From contig JAUCBJ010007596.1 of assembly GCA_032718475.1 (NCBI GenBank), positions 6,390-70,389 on the forward strand: a stretch of DNA of 64,000 nucleotides, written 5' to 3'. Below, piece after piece: positions 61,201-64,000 of the stretch. Source of the DNA: Nemertoderma westbladi. Its lineage: Eukaryota; Animalia; Xenacoelomorpha. Every line of letters begins with the position of its first letter. Position 1 is the stretch's first letter. The notes beneath the pieces are model-generated. The model saw nothing but the letters and a program-made list of their open reading frames with translations. It did not search any database and was not told the origin of the DNA. The position numbers were made by a program, and so were the translations under genes.

Positions 61201-62794
61201 AGTCATTATTGTAAATCTGCGGATCTGTGATAAACTGGCAGTCATTATTGTAAATCTGTGGTTCTGTGATAACTGGCAGTCATTATTGTAAATCTGTGGT
61301 TCTGTGATAACTGGCAGTCATTATTGTAAATCTATGGTTCTGTGATAAACTGGCAGTCATTGTAGATCTGCGGTTCTGTGATAAACTGGCAGTCATTATT
61401 GTAAATCTGTGGTTCTGTGATAAACTGGCAGTCATTATTGTAAATCTGCGGATCTGTGATAAACTGGCAGTCATTATTGTAAATCTGTGGTTCTGTGATA
61501 AACTGGCAGTCATTATTGTAAATCTATGGTTCTGTGATAAACTGGCAGTCATTGTAGATCTGCGGTTCTGTGATAAACTGGCAGTCATTATTGTAAATCT
61601 GTGGTTCTGTGATAAACTGGCAGTCATTATTGTAAATCTGTGGTTCTGTGATAAACTGGCAGTCATTATTGTAAATCTGCGGATCTGTGATAAACTGGCA
61701 GTCATTATTGTAAATCTGTGGTTCTGTGATAAACTGGCAGTCATTATTGTAAATCTATGGTTCTGTGATAAACTGGCAGTCATTGTAGATCTGCGGTTCT
61801 GTGATAAACTGGCAGTCATTATTGTAAATCTGTGGTTCTGTGATAAACTGGTAGTCATTATTGTAAATCTGTGGTTCTGTGATAAACTGGCAGTCATTAT
61901 TGTAAATCTGTGGTTCTGTGATAAACTGGCAGTCATTATTGTAAATCTGTGGTTCTGTGATAAACTGGCAGTCATTATTGTAAATCTATGGTTCTGTGAT
62001 AAACTGGCAGTCATTGTAGATCTGCGGTTCTGTGATAAACTGGCAGTCATTATTGTAAATCTGTGGTTCTGTGATAAACTGGCAGTCATTATTGTAAATC
62101 TGTGGTTCTGTGATAAACTGGCAGTCATTATTGTAAATCTGTGGTTCTGTGATAAACTGGCAGTCATTATTGTAAATCTGCGGATCTGTGATAAACTGGC
62201 AGTCATTATTGTAAATCTGTGGTTCTGTGATAAACTGGCAGTCATTATTGTAAATCTATGGTTCTGTGATAAACTGGCAGTCATTGTAGATCTGCGGTTC
62301 TGTGATAAACTGGCAGTCATTATTGTAAATCTGTGGTTCTGTGATAAACTGGCAGTCATTATTGTAAATCTGTGGTTCTGTGATAACTGGCAGTCATTAT
62401 TGTAAATCTGTGGTTCTGTGATAAACTGGCAGTCATTATTGTAAATCTGTGGTTCTGTGATAAACTGGCAGTCATTATTGTAAATCTGTGGTTCTGTGAT
62501 AAACTGGCAGTCATTATTGTAAATCTGTGGTTCTGTGATAAACTGGCAGTCATTATTGTAAATCTGCGGATCTGTGATAAACTGGCAGTCATTATTGTAA
62601 ATCTGTGGTTCTGTGATAAACTGGCAGTCATTATTGTAAATCTATGGTTCTGTGATAAACTGGCAGTCATTGTAGATCTGCGGTTCTGTGATAAACTGGC
62701 AGTCATTATTGTAAATCTGTGGTTCTGTGATAAACTGGCAGTCATTATTGTAAATCTGCGGTTCTGTGATAAACTGGCAGTCATTATTGTAAAT
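58222..62794. repeat. 39 bp minisatellite array, roughly 115-120 units
   Basis: Unit AAACTGGCAGTCATTATTGTAAATCTGTGGTTCTGTGAT, with 36, 38 and 43 bp variants. Confidence 0.97.
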
Positions 62795-62904
62795 TAGTTA
62801 TATAATATCACGCCTCTGTAATACAGTAATAACGGCATTACCAGTTGATTATACAACTTAGGGTTCTTTGTATGTATAGTAAAAACCGGCAATTGTGAAA
62901 ATAC

Positions 62905-63745
62905 AACCGCCATTTTTACATTTCATAAAAACCGCCGGTTTGAAAACTACATACATGTTTGTTAACAAGAACCGACAGTTTGAATATAAGACCACCATTT
63001 TTACATTTCATAAAAACCGCCGGTTTGAAAACTACATACATGTTTGTTAACAAGAACCGACAGTTTGAATATAAGACCACCATTTTTACATTTCATAAAA
63101 ACCGCCGGTTTGAAAACTACATACGTGTTTGTTAACAGGAACCGACAGTTTGAATATAATACCACCATTTTTACATTTCATAAAAACCGCCGGTTTGAAA
63201 ACTACATACGTGTTTGTTAACAAGAACCGACAGTTTGAATATAAGACCACCATTTTTACTTTTCATAAAAACCGCCGGTTTGAAAACTACATACGTGTTT
63301 GTTACCAAGAACCGACAGTTTGAATATAAGACCACCATTTTTACATTTCATAAAAACCGCCGGTTTGAAAACTACATACGTGTTTGTTAACAAGAACCGA
63401 CAGTTTGAATATAAGACCACCATTTTTACATTTCATAAAAACCGCCGGTTTGAAAACTACATACGTGTTTGTTACCAAGAACCGACAGTTTGAATATAAG
63501 ACCACCATTTTTACATTTCATAAAAACCGCCGGTTTGAAAACTACATACGTGTTTATTAACAAGAACCATCAGTTTGAATATAAGACCACCATTTTTACA
63601 TTTCATAAAAACCGCCGGTTTGAAAACTACATACGTGTTTGTTACCAAGAACCGACAGTTTGAATATAAGACCACCATTTTTACATTTCATAAAAACCGC
63701 CGGTTTGAAAACTATAAGCGTTTAATTAACAAGAACCGCCAGTTT
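62905..63745. repeat. 85 bp tandem repeat, about 10 units
   Basis: Unit ACCACCATTTTTACATTTCATAAAAACCGCCGGTTTGAAAACTACATACGTGTTTGTTAACAAGAACCGACAGTTTGAATATAAG. Confidence 0.95.
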
Positions 63746-64000
63746 GAAAATTTATTAACCACCTTTTTAATACAACCGTCACTTTCTATGCAAAATTCCG
63801 CAATGACTACAGGTTTCGTTTCAGGTAATATAACCAATCTATCTTAAACCGCCGGTTTAATATCGTAACCGGAGGTTACTACCAGCCATTTTTGTATGAT
63901 CCATACTAACCCCCGGTTTACCAATCACTACCGCAAGTACCTATCCATAACCAATGGTTAAAAAATCGACCGGCACTTACTTTTTTCAGTGTAGAGGATC

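Larger units (their letters stand above)
57248..63991. mobile_element. 6.7 kb non-autonomous TIR element with CACTG termini (CMC/EnSpm-like) carrying tandem arrays
   Basis: TA-CACTGAAAAAAGTAAGTG ... CACTTACTTTTTTCAGTG-TA (18 bp perfect TIR), with many subterminal AAACCGCCGGTT / AACTGCCGGT motifs. Confidence 0.85.

Noticed and set aside
58222-62794. CRISPR-like array
   Set aside because: The units are head-to-tail with no unique spacers, there are no cas genes, and the context is eukaryotic. The same applies to the 38 bp repeat at 32763.
58289-63847. Long ORFs (692, 358, 309 aa and others) in the tandem arrays
   Set aside because: They arise because a 39 bp unit is a multiple of 3 and lacks stops in some frames. 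They are broken by 38 and 43 bp variants and have no gene context.

Overview
This is AT-rich, repeat-dense animal (probably invertebrate bilaterian) nuclear DNA; I cannot identify the species. Host genes: an intronless DNMT1-family cytosine methyltransferase that lacks the CXXC finger and the GK-repeat linker (2806-6543), an intronless membrane-anchored fibrinogen-domain gene (29882-30850), and the first four exons of a YME1L1-like i-AAA protease gene (52535-55266, continuing beyond the window). Most of the rest is nested mobile DNA. It includes two Ty3/gypsy elements, a 17.5 kb BEL/Pao element with 1187 bp near-identical LTRs, LINE remnants, several TIR elements and a CAC-ended element filled with 39 bp and 85 bp tandem arrays. 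Main leads: (1) the BEL/Pao element has no tRNA primer site but has an 11 nt self-complementary site like Tf1 self-priming, plus an extra non-env zinc-knuckle/basic ORF with a U-UUU-UUA slippery site behind a long RNA hairpin; (2) an element family sits between TGT trinucleotides at three independent insertions, one of them inside another copy of itself; (3) a TIR element carries seven same-strand CTCF-like sites just upstream of YME1L1; (4) the stripped DNMT1 lies beside CpG-rich exons and CpG-decaying transposons. All calls come from reading the sequence by eye; no searches were run.
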